DNA from: a virus
IMG/VR virus record: IMGVR_UViG_3300028908_000006
Coordinates: 26,339 to 90,338 of that record
Direction: 5' to 3' (one strand)
Length of the DNA stretch: 64,000 nt
In this document: positions 9,607 through 19,550 of the stretch, one piece after another
How positions within the stretch are numbered: position 1 is the first letter of the stretch
Layout: each line of letters begins with the position of its first letter
Notes under the pieces: generated by a model
Told to the model about the DNA's origin: nothing
The model's database searches: none
The model's input: only the letters and a program-made list of their open reading frames with translations
Program-made: the position numbers and the translations under genes

Positions 9607-10272
9607 TTAAGTTTTCTCAAAAACATCAATAAAGACTATACATCCGTCTTTTCGCTTTACGTATTTTACTATGAACCACGGGCAGTCCATAATTATCATA
9701 TATTTATTTCTTTTGTTTATCACTTTATTACCCATATTTATCTGCTGTATCACGCATCTTGGAGAGAATTCCGCTAGAATTCTCTCTTTCCACTTTTCTA
9801 TGAACCTCTGTGTAAAGTAATATCTATCGTTGTATTTGAAACCAAGTATAGTCTTTTTATTTATCTGAATCTTTCCGGCGCTATCACTCGTTTTTCTATA
9901 GATGTCTTCCCAAGATTTCTCTCCTTCATCTATGTCTGTCTTGGCTATGTCACATAACTTCTCAAGAAATCCAGTATGTTGCCCTATCGCTATATCTGAA
10001 ATATAAAAACCAGCATATTTTGGGCGTTTAAATCCGTATTTAACTAGGAATTTATGCCATGCGTTATATATGAACCCAGGTAATGCCTTATCACCATATT
10101 TTAAACCTTCACTGGCGGCCTCAAGGGCAATGCAATAGCCCTCGTGCCGCCAGTCCTGGATTAACCCTCTCTCTCGCAGGCGTGGCCAGACGTGGAAGAA
10201 TCGTTGTTTCCAGATTCTGAAAACCACGCCTGCGAGGCCATTTACAGGCTCGGAGAGGGCGTAGTGCTTCAT
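9607..10272 (-). CDS. hypothetical protein
   Basis: 221-aa ORF in operon. Confidence 0.7.
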   Translation of the reverse strand: MKHYALSEPVNGLAGVVFRIWKQRFFHVWPRLRERGLIQDWRHEGYCIALEAASEGLKYGDKALPGFIYNAWHKFLVKYGFKRPKYAGFYISDIAIGQHTGFLEKLCDIAKTDIDEGEKSWEDIYRKTSDSAGKIQINKKTILGFKYNDRYYFTQRFIEKWKERILAEFSPRCVIQQINMGNKVINKRNKYMIIMDCPWFIVKYVKRKDGCIVFIDVFEKT

Positions 10273-11034
10273 CTATTTACTCTCCCCTTCTTTCCTCATG
10301 GAGAGAACCGGATATATAAAGATTCTATCTTCAATCCCGGCTACTGGTGGTCCATCTGGAGGCCGGGATACGAACGCACCTTCATATCTGTTCACAAAGA
10401 TGCGCATATATGTATAATCAGGGTTGAACTGGAGCATCCTGACCCGGAAGCGCTTGATTGGTTCTCCACTTTTTCGTGGAAACTCGTACATGAATCCGTA
10501 AGAAGAGAGGAGTTGTTTCTTCAGCCAGTTTTCTTCATGATAAACCTGAAGCTTTTGGTTGATGGCCCTAGCAAGCTCCAGGGCCAGCTGATCACGGGTG
10601 CGAGCGATGGATAGAGTGATTACCTCCATACCGTTTGAATCTAGTATCTGTTCTCCAAGAGGGCTGGAGAACTTAAGGATGCCTGCTTCTTTTATTTCAT
10701 CCAAGTGGTCGCAAATCCACCATATCACATATTCTGCAATTGTGAGTGGCATATCATTTATTGGGAGGCCGCCATCATACCACCTACGCAGGTGGTTAAT
10801 ATCTTCGATCTTTAGTTTATCAGGTACTCCACCACGGCAAAGCTCATCTATATCCGCTTTATCTAGCGGTATTTCAAACTTCCATGTATCATCTTCCTGG
10901 ATATCAAAATATTCTGAGATATAAGAGTGAGAGTCTGGGTTTTCTCCTTCGATAATGGCTATCTCACGCTCTTCAGCAAGGAGAGCATATACATGACCGC
11001 CCTTGTCTACGGAGAAACTAAAGAATTGACACAT
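10273..11034 (-). CDS. hypothetical phage protein
   Basis: 253 aa, GGAGGT RBS. Confidence 0.75.
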   Translation of the reverse strand: MCQFFSFSVDKGGHVYALLAEEREIAIIEGENPDSHSYISEYFDIQEDDTWKFEIPLDKADIDELCRGGVPDKLKIEDINHLRRWYDGGLPINDMPLTIAEYVIWWICDHLDEIKEAGILKFSSPLGEQILDSNGMEVITLSIARTRDQLALELARAINQKLQVYHEENWLKKQLLSSYGFMYEFPRKSGEPIKRFRVRMLQFNPDYTYMRIFVNRYEGAFVSRPPDGPPVAGIEDRIFIYPVLSMRKEGESK

Positions 11035-11057
11035 AACCTTTACCTCCTTTTTTAGTT

Positions 11058-11564
11058 TTAATAAATTTCTACAGCTTCCAATGGAAGCCTATGTCCTTCC
11101 GCATTGTATGCGGAAGTTATACAACCGCCACATATAATTACTATCCCACAACACCCAGCGAAGTCCAAATATCCAAGATCTTGTTTGCTTGGCAAAATAT
11201 GAGGGCATGGGTGCTTATGGACGATTATGAAATGAGTTGATGGGAAATCGTTGAAATGTATGGCAGTATCGTCTGAGCTTGTAATTTGTTCTGGAACTGC
11301 TATCTCGTCTCCTATGAATGTTTTGGTATTTGTGTCTATATGACCAAGAATGAAGAAGACCCACTCGTTATCTTTTCCATATTCATTTTCCATTGCATCT
11401 GCTATCTCCAGCATTCTAGCTGGAAGTTTATATTTCTTTATCCCTTTTTTATCTTCAAGGATTTTTTTGAGATCAAGGCTGGTCACTATCACCGCCAACG
11501 ATTTCAAAATTTTCCATATCGTAGTAGTCCCACAGGGCGTTATCTGGATTGTCAGGCTCTCCAT
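11058..11564 (-). CDS. JAB/MPN+ (JAMM) metalloprotease-domain protein
   Basis: HKHPCPHILPSKQD fits HxH-x7-S-x2-D, upstream Glu in NEWVFFILG; true start may be downstream of 11564. Confidence 0.7.
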   Translation of the reverse strand: MESLTIQITPCGTTTIWKILKSLAVIVTSLDLKKILEDKKGIKKYKLPARMLEIADAMENEYGKDNEWVFFILGHIDTNTKTFIGDEIAVPEQITSSDDTAIHFNDFPSTHFIIVHKHPCPHILPSKQDLGYLDFAGCCGIVIICGGCITSAYNAEGHRLPLEAVEIY

Positions 11565-11790
11565 CCCAACAGGCTTTGAAGTCTCCTATCAACTCTGCAT
11601 TATTTGGGACGCCCAAGTATTCAGCAAAGTCTTTTTTTGCTATCACCATTGCCTTACATTTGTAGCAATGTTCATATCTTGTTATACAATTGTGTGGTTC
11701 CCAATCAGATAGTCTGTACACTTTACTACCATCAAGTAAATCATAGCTATTTTTTACTTTTTCCCTCTCTATGGTTTCAGTTTTCTGCAT
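11473..11790 (-). CDS. hypothetical protein
   Basis: GGAGGT RBS. Confidence 0.65.
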   Translation of the reverse strand: MQKTETIEREKVKNSYDLLDGSKVYRLSDWEPHNCITRYEHCYKCKAMVIAKKDFAEYLGVPNNAELIGDFKACWDGEPDNPDNALWDYYDMENFEIVGGDSDQP

Positions 11791-11792
11791 AT

Positions 11793-12254
11793 CTACACCT
11801 CCTTTTTATACGCTTCAATCATTTTTTCTAGAACTTTAATACTATTCTCAGCATCTTCGTTACTACTTTTAATAGTATCTACCAATGCTTCCATAAATTC
11901 AGGAAGCATTTTGGCTGCTTCTCTATATATCTTTGGCGTGCCAGTATATAACCTGCAGTTGTAATCGTTCATATAATACCAAACATCATTTGGTGGTCTA
12001 TCTCCTGTAATTATATAATCATATACATCAACTACCCACGCGAATACTGGTCCGTATGACCACCTTGGATTATGCCCCAAAACATCTCTATACCACATTA
12101 GTCTTTTGTATCTAAACGAGTTGTATGGGATATGTTTACCAATAATGTCGGCTATCTCATCCATCAGTTCTCCGATTCTCCGGAGAGACGAATTATAGCG
12201 CTCTCCAAGAGCGCGGATATTTTCTAGAATGGTTTTTTGGTGTTTGTTTTTCAT
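11793..12254 (-). CDS. hypothetical protein
   Basis: GGAGGT RBS. Confidence 0.75.
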   Translation of the reverse strand: MKNKHQKTILENIRALGERYNSSLRRIGELMDEIADIIGKHIPYNSFRYKRLMWYRDVLGHNPRWSYGPVFAWVVDVYDYIITGDRPPNDVWYYMNDYNCRLYTGTPKIYREAAKMLPEFMEALVDTIKSSNEDAENSIKVLEKMIEAYKKEV

Positions 12255-12268
12255 AGCCTCTACCTCCT

Positions 12269-12928
12269 TTAACTGTAGAAACTACATTGTTTTTCGCCTG
12301 TTATGCGCCACTTATTGTATAGCTCATGTAAGTATTCAATCACACCTTCTGTAAAATGCTCCATTATTTTGTTAACTGCCTTGGCGTAGATCAAGTTTAG
12401 TTTATCAATTATTTGTTGTATAATCTCATCATCGTCTGGCGGAGGTACTGGAGGTGGAGGCCCTATCGTGCTTGATATAGATGGGGTGATGATCTCTACT
12501 ACAACTGGATATTTTTCTTTATATTCTCTTAACTTTTCCAAGTATTTTCTTCTATCTGAAGACATATCATAATGCTTTCCATGATAGTAATATTCTGAAT
12601 AATACCAGCCAGATTTATGAACTTTACCGTTCTCGTCCATTGCTACTATATATTTCAGTCTACCACTAGCAAATAAGATATTGTTTCTACCATTTTTATT
12701 GAGTTTATTTAAGCATTCGTAAAGAATTTCGTCTATTTCTTCGAGAACTTCTTCATCAATGAACTCTTCATCTACTGTTTTGGCAATCCAGTTTACTGTG
12801 TCTGATATTAAGCATAATTCCAATTCATCGAAATCTTCATCAATGTTGTTTATAGTCCTGCTGAGCGATTCTACCGCACTTATAACCATTTTTTCTTTAT
12901 TGTTGTCCATCACCATGCCTCCTTTCAT
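12269..12928 (-). CDS. hypothetical protein with Pro-rich patch
   Basis: 219-aa ORF; probable start at MVMDN. Confidence 0.7.
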   Translation of the reverse strand: MKGGMVMDNNKEKMVISAVESLSRTINNIDEDFDELELCLISDTVNWIAKTVDEEFIDEEVLEEIDEILYECLNKLNKNGRNNILFASGRLKYIVAMDENGKVHKSGWYYSEYYYHGKHYDMSSDRRKYLEKLREYKEKYPVVVEIITPSISSTIGPPPPVPPPDDDEIIQQIIDKLNLIYAKAVNKIMEHFTEGVIEYLHELYNKWRITGEKQCSFYS

Positions 12929-12931
12929 ATT

Positions 12932-13594
12932 CTAATAACCCAAATCTTCAATGTATTCTTCAAGTCTTTGCCTATCTTCTTGTCTCCAGCTATTCAAGAT
13001 TTCTCCGACAATCTTATCAAGGCTATACGCTTCTCTATATGCGCCGCCTACCTTGCATATTAGTTTTGTACATTTAAGAAGATCATGCACAAATTCTTGA
13101 CTATAGCTTGATAACCCACCTATCCCAAAATTATAATCCAGCCAGAATAAGAACTTATCCGGATCTTTTGGCGGTGTATCTTTTATAAGCCATTCAGGAT
13201 AGATCCTTATGGTTCTTGTATCATTATATATTTCTATAACATATCCTCTATCCTTGGCTATTTCTACGGCTTCATCTCTATTTTCAAATATAGCTTCATA
13301 TTTATCGGCTTCCTGTTTTATTGTTTGATATTCCGGAATATCTGCCTGCTCCATATAGGTGATTACTTTTTCTATGAGTTCGTTTATAAGCTTTTCTAAA
13401 GCTTTCTTGTTTTCCATAATCTCTTCCTCCTTAGAATAAATAGATTTCAATCTCTGTGATATTAAGTAACCTATGACCGAACCAAGGAAGAGCCTTCTTT
13501 CTTCATCATTGGTATCATTGAAAGGTTCATTTAAGCCCTCCTTATTCTCAGGAGTGCGTCCATATAAGATCGGCGTATTTCCTCCCACTCGCAT
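12932..13594 (-). CDS. hypothetical protein (probable start at MENKKAL, near 13417)
   Basis: Internal GGAGG RBS before MENKK. Confidence 0.65.
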   Translation of the reverse strand: MRVGGNTPILYGRTPENKEGLNEPFNDTNDEERRLFLGSVIGYLISQRLKSIYSKEEEIMENKKALEKLINELIEKVITYMEQADIPEYQTIKQEADKYEAIFENRDEAVEIAKDRGYVIEIYNDTRTIRIYPEWLIKDTPPKDPDKFLFWLDYNFGIGGLSSYSQEFVHDLLKCTKLICKVGGAYREAYSLDKIVGEILNSWRQEDRQRLEEYIEDLGY

Positions 13595-13785
13595 ATTTTC
13601 TCAATATCTTCATCTCGCATATTGACAAACGCATAGTGATCTTCTTTTATGAAAGTTTCTATCACTTCTTTTGCTAAGTCCATAGCGTATATGGCTGTAT
13701 CTATAACTTGCTCAGCGGCAAGCCTTCTATCAGCGCCTTTTGTGCGTATAGCAATATCTGCAAGGCTTTTAAGGACCTCTTTCAT
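13531..13785 (-). CDS. hypothetical protein
   Basis: AAGGAG RBS. Confidence 0.6.
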   Translation of the reverse strand: MKEVLKSLADIAIRTKGADRRLAAEQVIDTAIYAMDLAKEVIETFIKEDHYAFVNMRDEDIEKICEWEEIRRSYMDALLRIRRA

Positions 13786-14184
13786 TGTCCACTCTCCTTT
13801 CCCTGATTTTCTTGCAGTCCCCGAGAATATCCCAGAGACTCCAGGAAAACCAGAGATTTTTCTATAGCTGTATCTGGCCGCATATAGGGCTCGTTCATTT
13901 ATTTTTCCTTATTTCAGCTAAACATTTTTCGCATATTCCATGGCTTATTCCAAGAACACCGTGTCCGGGCTTTATGCCCAGGAATATTCCACACTTTATG
14001 CAAAAACGGAATATAACCTTATCTCGCAACAAGTCTCTTATTGGCATATTCTAGTCTCCACTATCGTCAAATAAATCTATATTATTTTCTACGATATATG
14101 AGATTATTGCTCTTTCTATAGTCTCAATTATGAAACGTTTCTTATTAGCTATGAATTTTACAATACAGATCAATATATCAAACA

Positions 14185-14601
14185 TTATCTCAGGTCCCCT
14201 CTAATAATATCTTGAATTCTATAGAAGAAACTCTTCTTATACTCGCAGGCATTGTTATATTGCTCGATAATCAGAGTCCTAATTGCCTTTATGGTTTCGA
14301 TATCGGCTAGGATAGAAATAGTATCGGTGGGCAGGTTATTGGCTGGAACATATTTACTTTTCTTGGGACTATAGCGTCTGAATATAATCTTCTTTCTATT
14401 GGGATCATATTTAATTTCTATATCGTTGAACGCGCTTGATATTTCTTGAGACAATATGTCGCTATCAAGGACTATTGTCTGGTTTATGCCAATATTATCA
14501 CGGATATCTTGTGCTAAGGCCGCATAGGCGGCCTTAATATCGCTAAAAGACAAGATCGTGTTTTTCATAGGTTTTTCCTCCTTTTTTTGTTTTTTGACCA
14601 A
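14185..14601 (-). CDS. hypothetical protein (probable start MKNTIL)
   Basis: GGAGG RBS before MKNT. Confidence 0.65.
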   Translation of the reverse strand: MVKKQKKEEKPMKNTILSFSDIKAAYAALAQDIRDNIGINQTIVLDSDILSQEISSAFNDIEIKYDPNRKKIIFRRYSPKKSKYVPANNLPTDTISILADIETIKAIRTLIIEQYNNACEYKKSFFYRIQDIIRGDLR

Positions 14602-14603
14602 AG

Positions 14604-14683
14604 AAAAACCCCTACAGGCCCGATTATGAGCCTATAGGGGTTATAAGACAAAAAAAGGGAGACTCCTTAGTAGGAGTCTCCCC
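14604..14683 (-). terminator. tandem intrinsic terminators
   Basis: Two hairpins (GGGAGACTCCT/AGGAGTCTCCC and CCCCTACAGGC/GCCTATAGGGG), each with a minus-strand T-run. Confidence 0.75.
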
Positions 14684-14689
14684 TAGGCG

Positions 14690-15010
14690 TTACTTAGAAG
14701 TAAGGTCGGCGAGAAGGAAACCGTGCCTTCTTGGTTTAGGCTCGCGTACAAAAGCTTTCGGTAGTGTTACGTTACCAGAGAAGAAATCGTCGCGTTGGTA
14801 ACCGTACTCAGCAAGCTTGCCGAGTACAACGTCGCGGACATAAAAACCGAGACTAGCCAGTTCTTTTTTCATAAACTGGCGGATCATCTTTTTACCGGCG
14901 AAACTGAGCCTTAAAAACTTCTCAAACTCAACGACGGCGAGATTGCCGTCTACCTTAAACCAGAACTTGGTTCCATCTTTACTTTGTTCCTGTTTCTTTT
15001 GTTCTGCCAT
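14690..15010 (-). CDS. hypothetical early protein
   Basis: AAGGAGGT RBS, own terminator. Confidence 0.8.
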   Translation of the reverse strand: MAEQKKQEQSKDGTKFWFKVDGNLAVVEFEKFLRLSFAGKKMIRQFMKKELASLGFYVRDVVLGKLAEYGYQRDDFFSGNVTLPKAFVREPKPRRHGFLLADLTSK

Positions 15011-15328
15011 CTTCTTACCTCCTTTATCTTTTTTCTCTTCCTAAGTAACTTGATTTAAGCGTCAAAAATTTGACACCTTGAAAATTTTTCTTCGATGCAA
15101 GGGTAACTTACAAAAACAAGAACAAAAAACGCAATGCGCAAGAACCAAAACAAACTTTAGTCAATTATACAAGCAAAGCAATTAAATCTCTCACGCAGAC
15201 TGTAAAATTAAACTTTTTTCTTGAAATTTCTTGCCAAACGAAAAAGTTTCGCTTAGTGATTTAGACTAAGTCTCAGTAGTGAATGCAACGTAAAGAATAA
15301 GAATGAAGGAAAAGTGCTACTGGTAGGC

Positions 15329-15357
15329 AAAAAAAAGAAAAGGGCCTAAGCGGCCCC
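15329..15357 (-). terminator. intrinsic terminator
   Basis: GGGCC/GGCCC hairpin with minus-strand T-rich tail, downstream of 15395..15913. Confidence 0.65.
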
Positions 15358-15394
15358 AAAGGAAAAAGAAGAAAAGAGAACCTAGTTAGCCAGC

Positions 15395-15913
15395 CTAGAC
15401 CTTACAGCCCAGACTGGCTAATTTCTTTTCTACTAGCGAGACCTTCTTGGTCTCGCCCTTCTTCTTATACTCACGCAGGAGATCTCTAAGATAGATCTCT
15501 TGCGCAAGCGTGCTCATGTGGGAAAGGCTTTTATCTATGTAGGCCTTGCCGGTGCCGGCTTGGGAAAGAATAACTCCAAGCTGCTCAAAAACTTGTCGGC
15601 ACGCTTGTTTCTCTTTCCATGCTGACAAGTCGCGGTAGCTATCCTCCAAGAATGTTTGATATATCTCTAAAGACTTCTTGACAAAAAAAGGCAAACGCTT
15701 TCGGTGCCGCTTGCCTCTTGCGTGTTCCGCAAGGCTTTCTTCAAGGCTTTGCGGAAGATTAAAACCGTTGTCAATCAGGGTGACGTCCTTTTCGATGTTG
15801 TCGTCTTGGTTCCAAGGATACAAGCTTCTTTCAAACTCTCTCATAGTCTCTTCCTCCCTATTTTTGGTTTTATCCTTTATTTCCTTTCTATCTCTCCTCA
15901 TCGTCTTTGTCAA
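15395..15913 (-). CDS. hypothetical early protein (probable start MREFE)
   Basis: GGGAGG RBS before MREFE. Confidence 0.7.
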   Translation of the reverse strand: MTKTMRRDRKEIKDKTKNREEETMREFERSLYPWNQDDNIEKDVTLIDNGFNLPQSLEESLAEHARGKRHRKRLPFFVKKSLEIYQTFLEDSYRDLSAWKEKQACRQVFEQLGVILSQAGTGKAYIDKSLSHMSTLAQEIYLRDLLREYKKKGETKKVSLVEKKLASLGCKV

Positions 15914-17006
15914 GTTAAAACTTTACTCATTTCCCCTCGTTACAATCGAAACTTATGCCACATGCATCCTATCATCCTAGCCATCTTAGCCACACCACCA
16001 CAACGACAAAAAGCGTACTTACAAAACACCACTATTATCCTTCCCTACCAAACAAGCAAGTGAGAATGAGTCTCAGTAGCTAGTTAAGTGTGTTGGTCCT
16101 TAGTTACTTAGAGACGTAGAAGGCAAGAAGCGCACCCAAAAGAAAGAGAGACAAGCTACAAAACAGGCCAGACAAGAAGGAAGTGTGTAGCTGCTAGTGA
16201 ATCTGAGATACAGTAGAGGCAAGGCGTTTTTGTGGGAGTGGCGAATTTTTCTGGGAGAAGGGGAGGGGCGTGTCTGGGCCATAGCTCCATACAAGTATTT
16301 ACAAGTATTTTATGCAGGTATATTTTATCCTGTAACTGTATCCTACAATCACATAATAATCCCTTTATATATTGTATAGATGGTATCCTGGATGTAAAAC
16401 AGTTTTATTGTGGTTTGGCGTGTGGGAAATCTCTTGTCTCTGTGGTGTGGGTGATGGTTTGGGAGTAATTTTTCTGGGGCAGGGGTAGGGGGGATGTTTT
16501 TTAGAATAGTTTTAATTTCATTGTGGTGGCGTGGTGTTGATAGGCTATTATTTCTGGTTATCTGTTGTTATTGGTTATTATTTGCTGTTATGGCGGATTA
16601 TTGGTAGCGGAGCTGGTTTGGGGGTGGTTAGTGGTGTGGGAGAGGGTTGTGAATGGTAATTTGGCTGAAAGTGTTGATAGAGTAGGGAAAGAATAGAATT
16701 TGTCATTTGAATTCTCCTAGGGGGAAAGTAAAGGGAGAGGGCTGGAATTTTGTGCAGTATAGTGCGTGGAGTGCTCAAAATTTCTTTCGAAATCTATTGT
16801 TTTCTGCTTGGTGGCTATGGGTGTGATTTCACGATGGTCCATTTTTCTGCTAGGGATTGGAATAAGCTGGAACCATTGATAGCCAACGGATTGCTGGAAA
16901 TGTAGTAAAATGAATGGCGATTCAGTTATGATCTGCTTGGGTAGATAAGATAACAAACAAGAGATGGTTAGTCTATACCTGGGTATTCTTGGTAGTGGTA
17001 TATCCT

Positions 17007-17230
17007 TATGGGCATAATTATGCCCATAGAGGAAATGGTCATTTTTATGCACATAAAACCATGACCAACAATATGGGCAATAATATGCCCATAAGCTATG
17101 TAGGTATTTTTATGGATGCTTTTATGCCCATAATCCGTATGGGTAATATTATGCCCATAAAGTTAATGGCCGTAAAAATGCCCATACTTGACAAGGGGTA
17201 TAATTATGGGTATTTTAAGGTATGGGCATA
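17007..17230. repeat. cluster of ~11 TATGCCCATA/TATGGGCATA repeats
   Basis: Direct and inverted copies, some degenerate; perfect 22-bp palindrome at 17007-17028. Confidence 0.9.
17188..17216 (+). promoter_or_regulatory. sigma70-type promoter within repeat cluster
   Basis: TTGACA-17 nt-TATTTT. Confidence 0.6.
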
Positions 17231-17269
17231 AAAATGGTCATAGATACCACATAAAAGGAGGGTCTGTTT

Positions 17270-17560
17270 ATGAAACCATACAAGGTATTGATTGATGAGA
17301 ATCTGGTTCGGTTGGTTCCAAGAAGGAAGCTGAGTGAGTGGGTGCGGGAAGGGCTACTCTGGCGGATTGGTGTGGCTTATGGGATTTCTGATTTTGGGAA
17401 ACTGCTCGAGATGGTGGAAAGTGATGCTGCGTTTCAGGGAGTGCCTGAAGAGTTGCGGGCCAGGCTTTGTGTTTTAGCCACTAAGCTCTTGCTCAAGAAG
17501 TATGGTGCTGATAAACTTATGTCTATGCTTGGAATCGAAAAGGAGGTAAGCCATGATTAA
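17270..17560 (+). CDS. putative ribbon-helix-helix DNA-binding protein
   Basis: N-terminal strand YKVLID then LSEWVREGL helix; GGAGG RBS. Confidence 0.55.
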   Translation: MKPYKVLIDENLVRLVPRRKLSEWVREGLLWRIGVAYGISDFGKLLEMVESDAAFQGVPEELRARLCVLATKLLLKKYGADKLMSMLGIEKEVSHD

Positions 17561-17978
17561 GCCTGGAGACCTGGTTGTTTTTGATGGTTACTATTATGAC
17601 AATAAGGAAAAGAAGGTTGGGGCCTATCTTGGAGAAGCTACGGTATCTGGTACAGAATCTCCCAAGTATCATGTCGTGGTTCCACTCTCAGGTTTTGTAG
17701 AAGAGAAAGACCTTTCAAAAGTCCTTGTTGAAAAGAAAGTGGATTTAAATACCTGCAAAAAGCTCAACGATAGAGAAGTGTATTACCGTACTTTGTTAGT
17801 TCCAGAGATCTGGCCGATTGACGATTTTGATGTCCAGATTCGTGTAAGAGTTTATGGCACGGTAAATATTCCTCTGGAAAGAGCCCATGAGTTACCTTCT
17901 TTGGATCTTCTTGCTGATGTCTGTGAGCTTAAGGTCTTGGTCAAAGACAAACTTACTTCTCAAGGCCAAGAGAGCTAG
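17553..17978 (+). CDS. hypothetical protein
   Basis: GGAGGT RBS. Confidence 0.75.
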   Translation: MIKPGDLVVFDGYYYDNKEKKVGAYLGEATVSGTESPKYHVVVPLSGFVEEKDLSKVLVEKKVDLNTCKKLNDREVYYRTLLVPEIWPIDDFDVQIRVRVYGTVNIPLERAHELPSLDLLADVCELKVLVKDKLTSQGQES

Positions 17979-18094
17979 TGATTGGAGGTGGCCAAAATGA
18001 AACCCAATGAGTGGTTTGAAAGAAAACTTTCCGAGGCCCGTGAAACTATAGAAAACAAAACAGAAAAAGTTAAAGAAAAAAATGGAGGTGAATA

Positions 18095-18466
18095 ATGGAA
18101 AAGTTTGTAAGCTACAAATGGTTTGGTGGGAAAGTATCAGGCACCAGGGATTGGGAGCTTGAAACGTTTATGGGAGCAGTCCCATTCATGGGGACGACAT
18201 CGTTTGATTCTGGTTTTGAGACAATACAGATAGATTTCCCTGTATCCATGTTGATTCATGTTAAGCTCGAATTCGGATGTCTCGTGTTCGTTTTCAAAGA
18301 CAAACTTCAGTTCCTGTATGCAGAAACAGAAAACAGCAGGACCACCGTGCGATCCATGATGGTGTTCAATAAGATAACAGTCCCGGTTGTAAGGGATATT
18401 AAAGGCCTCGAAAAAGAATTGTCTTCTCTTGGGATACAGTTTGTTGGGAGGATAAAAGATGGCTAG
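18095..18466 (+). CDS. hypothetical protein
   Basis: GGAGGTG RBS. Confidence 0.75.
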   Translation: MEKFVSYKWFGGKVSGTRDWELETFMGAVPFMGTTSFDSGFETIQIDFPVSMLIHVKLEFGCLVFVFKDKLQFLYAETENSRTTVRSMMVFNKITVPVVRDIKGLEKELSSLGIQFVGRIKDG

Positions 18467-18628
18467 TCTCAAGGATCTCCCATGTCGTGTATGTGGGGAG
18501 GAGGTAAAAGTTGACCGTAAGGCAATTTCTGTGATATGTGGTTCTTGCTCACAAAAGCTTGTCAATTATATCAGGCGCAAAGAGGAAGAAGCCCTTGAAA
18601 AACAAAAAAGGAAAAGGAGATCCGCCAG

Positions 18629-18856
18629 ATGACCATCCAGGAGATCAAGAAGCTTCTGTGGCAGGCTACCAGAGAGAAATTCCTGATGTCAGGGAAGACG
18701 TATGAGGAGATAGCCAGAGAGATGGGTGTTACTAGACAATGGGTATGGCAGGTCATCGGCCCTCACTTCAAGGAAAATATCTTGCTTGAAACCCTGGATG
18801 AGTTTGCATCCCATTTTGGGATCAAATGTAATTACAAAATTGAAATGGAGGGGTGA
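18629..18856 (+). CDS. XRE-like HTH regulator
   Basis: TYEEIAREMGVTRQWVWQV. Confidence 0.8.
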   Translation: MTIQEIKKLLWQATREKFLMSGKTYEEIAREMGVTRQWVWQVIGPHFKENILLETLDEFASHFGIKCNYKIEMEG

Positions 18857-19197
18857 GAATGAGAAGTGTTATGCTTGCTTTGTTATTTATGGTATTGTGT
18901 ATCGGTCAAGGATTCTGTGGTCCGTATTGTGAGATTGTGGGTGACTTTGTAACAAACGCATACCGTATGGGCTACAACACGAATAGAGACTGTGCTCGTT
19001 TTGGGGAGTTCTTTTACAGAAGCTTGAGGAGAGCGTCTATTGAGGATGCGGCTTATTTTTCTGACCTTGCAAGCAAGGCCTGTGCAATGGGCCGGCTCGA
19101 TAGGATAGCTGGCCGTGGTTCCAGGGAAGACTACGTTAGGATGGTCGTTGTTGATAGATGCAATATGATCGAAGCAGCCAAGAACAAGAAGAAATAA
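18853..19197 (+). CDS. secreted Cys-containing protein
   Basis: Signal-peptide-like N-terminus. Confidence 0.65.
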   Translation: MRMRSVMLALLFMVLCIGQGFCGPYCEIVGDFVTNAYRMGYNTNRDCARFGEFFYRSLRRASIEDAAYFSDLASKACAMGRLDRIAGRGSREDYVRMVVVDRCNMIEAAKNKKK

Positions 19198-19198
19198 C

Positions 19199-19227
19199 TT
19201 GACATTTGTTTTGCTGGTTATTATTCT
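19199..19227 (+). promoter_or_regulatory. sigma70-type promoter
   Basis: TTGACA-17 nt-TATTCT. Confidence 0.7.
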
Positions 19228-19258
19228 TTGTAGAAAAACACGAGAAGGAGGTTTGGTT

Positions 19259-19489
19259 ATGGGTAGGAAGAGGTCTCGTAACATCACCAAGGATGATGTC
19301 AGGTTTGTTTACGAAAACTATGGCAGGATGACCCATCGCCAGATGGCTGAGCAGCTTGGTATCTCCTACTATCAGGTGGCCAGGATTGTTAATAGTTTGC
19401 GGCAAAAAGGAGTCGACCTTCCCACACTCAGGGCGTCCAGGAACCCAATAGATGAGTTTGTGGCCGAGTTGAAGTCTGAGCAGATGTAA
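19259..19489 (+). CDS. HTH DNA-binding protein (monocistronic)
   Basis: THRQMAEQLGISYYQVARIV; AAGGAGGT RBS. Confidence 0.85.
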   Translation: MGRKRSRNITKDDVRFVYENYGRMTHRQMAEQLGISYYQVARIVNSLRQKGVDLPTLRASRNPIDEFVAELKSEQM

Positions 19490-19514
19490 TCCTGGTGAGG
19501 TTGAAGGGATGTGG

Positions 19515-19548
19515 AAAGGCCCGGGGCATCTCTTCCCGGGCCTTTTTT
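19515..19548 (+). terminator. intrinsic terminator, probably bidirectional
   Basis: AAAGGCCCGGG/CCCGGGCCTTT plus T-run between convergent genes. Confidence 0.85.
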
Positions 19549-19550
19549 GT

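Noticed and set aside
16100-17231. Short ORFs in the divergence region, including the MPI-repeat ORF 16989..17231
   Set aside because: No convincing RBS; the peptide repeats simply reflect the DNA repeat.
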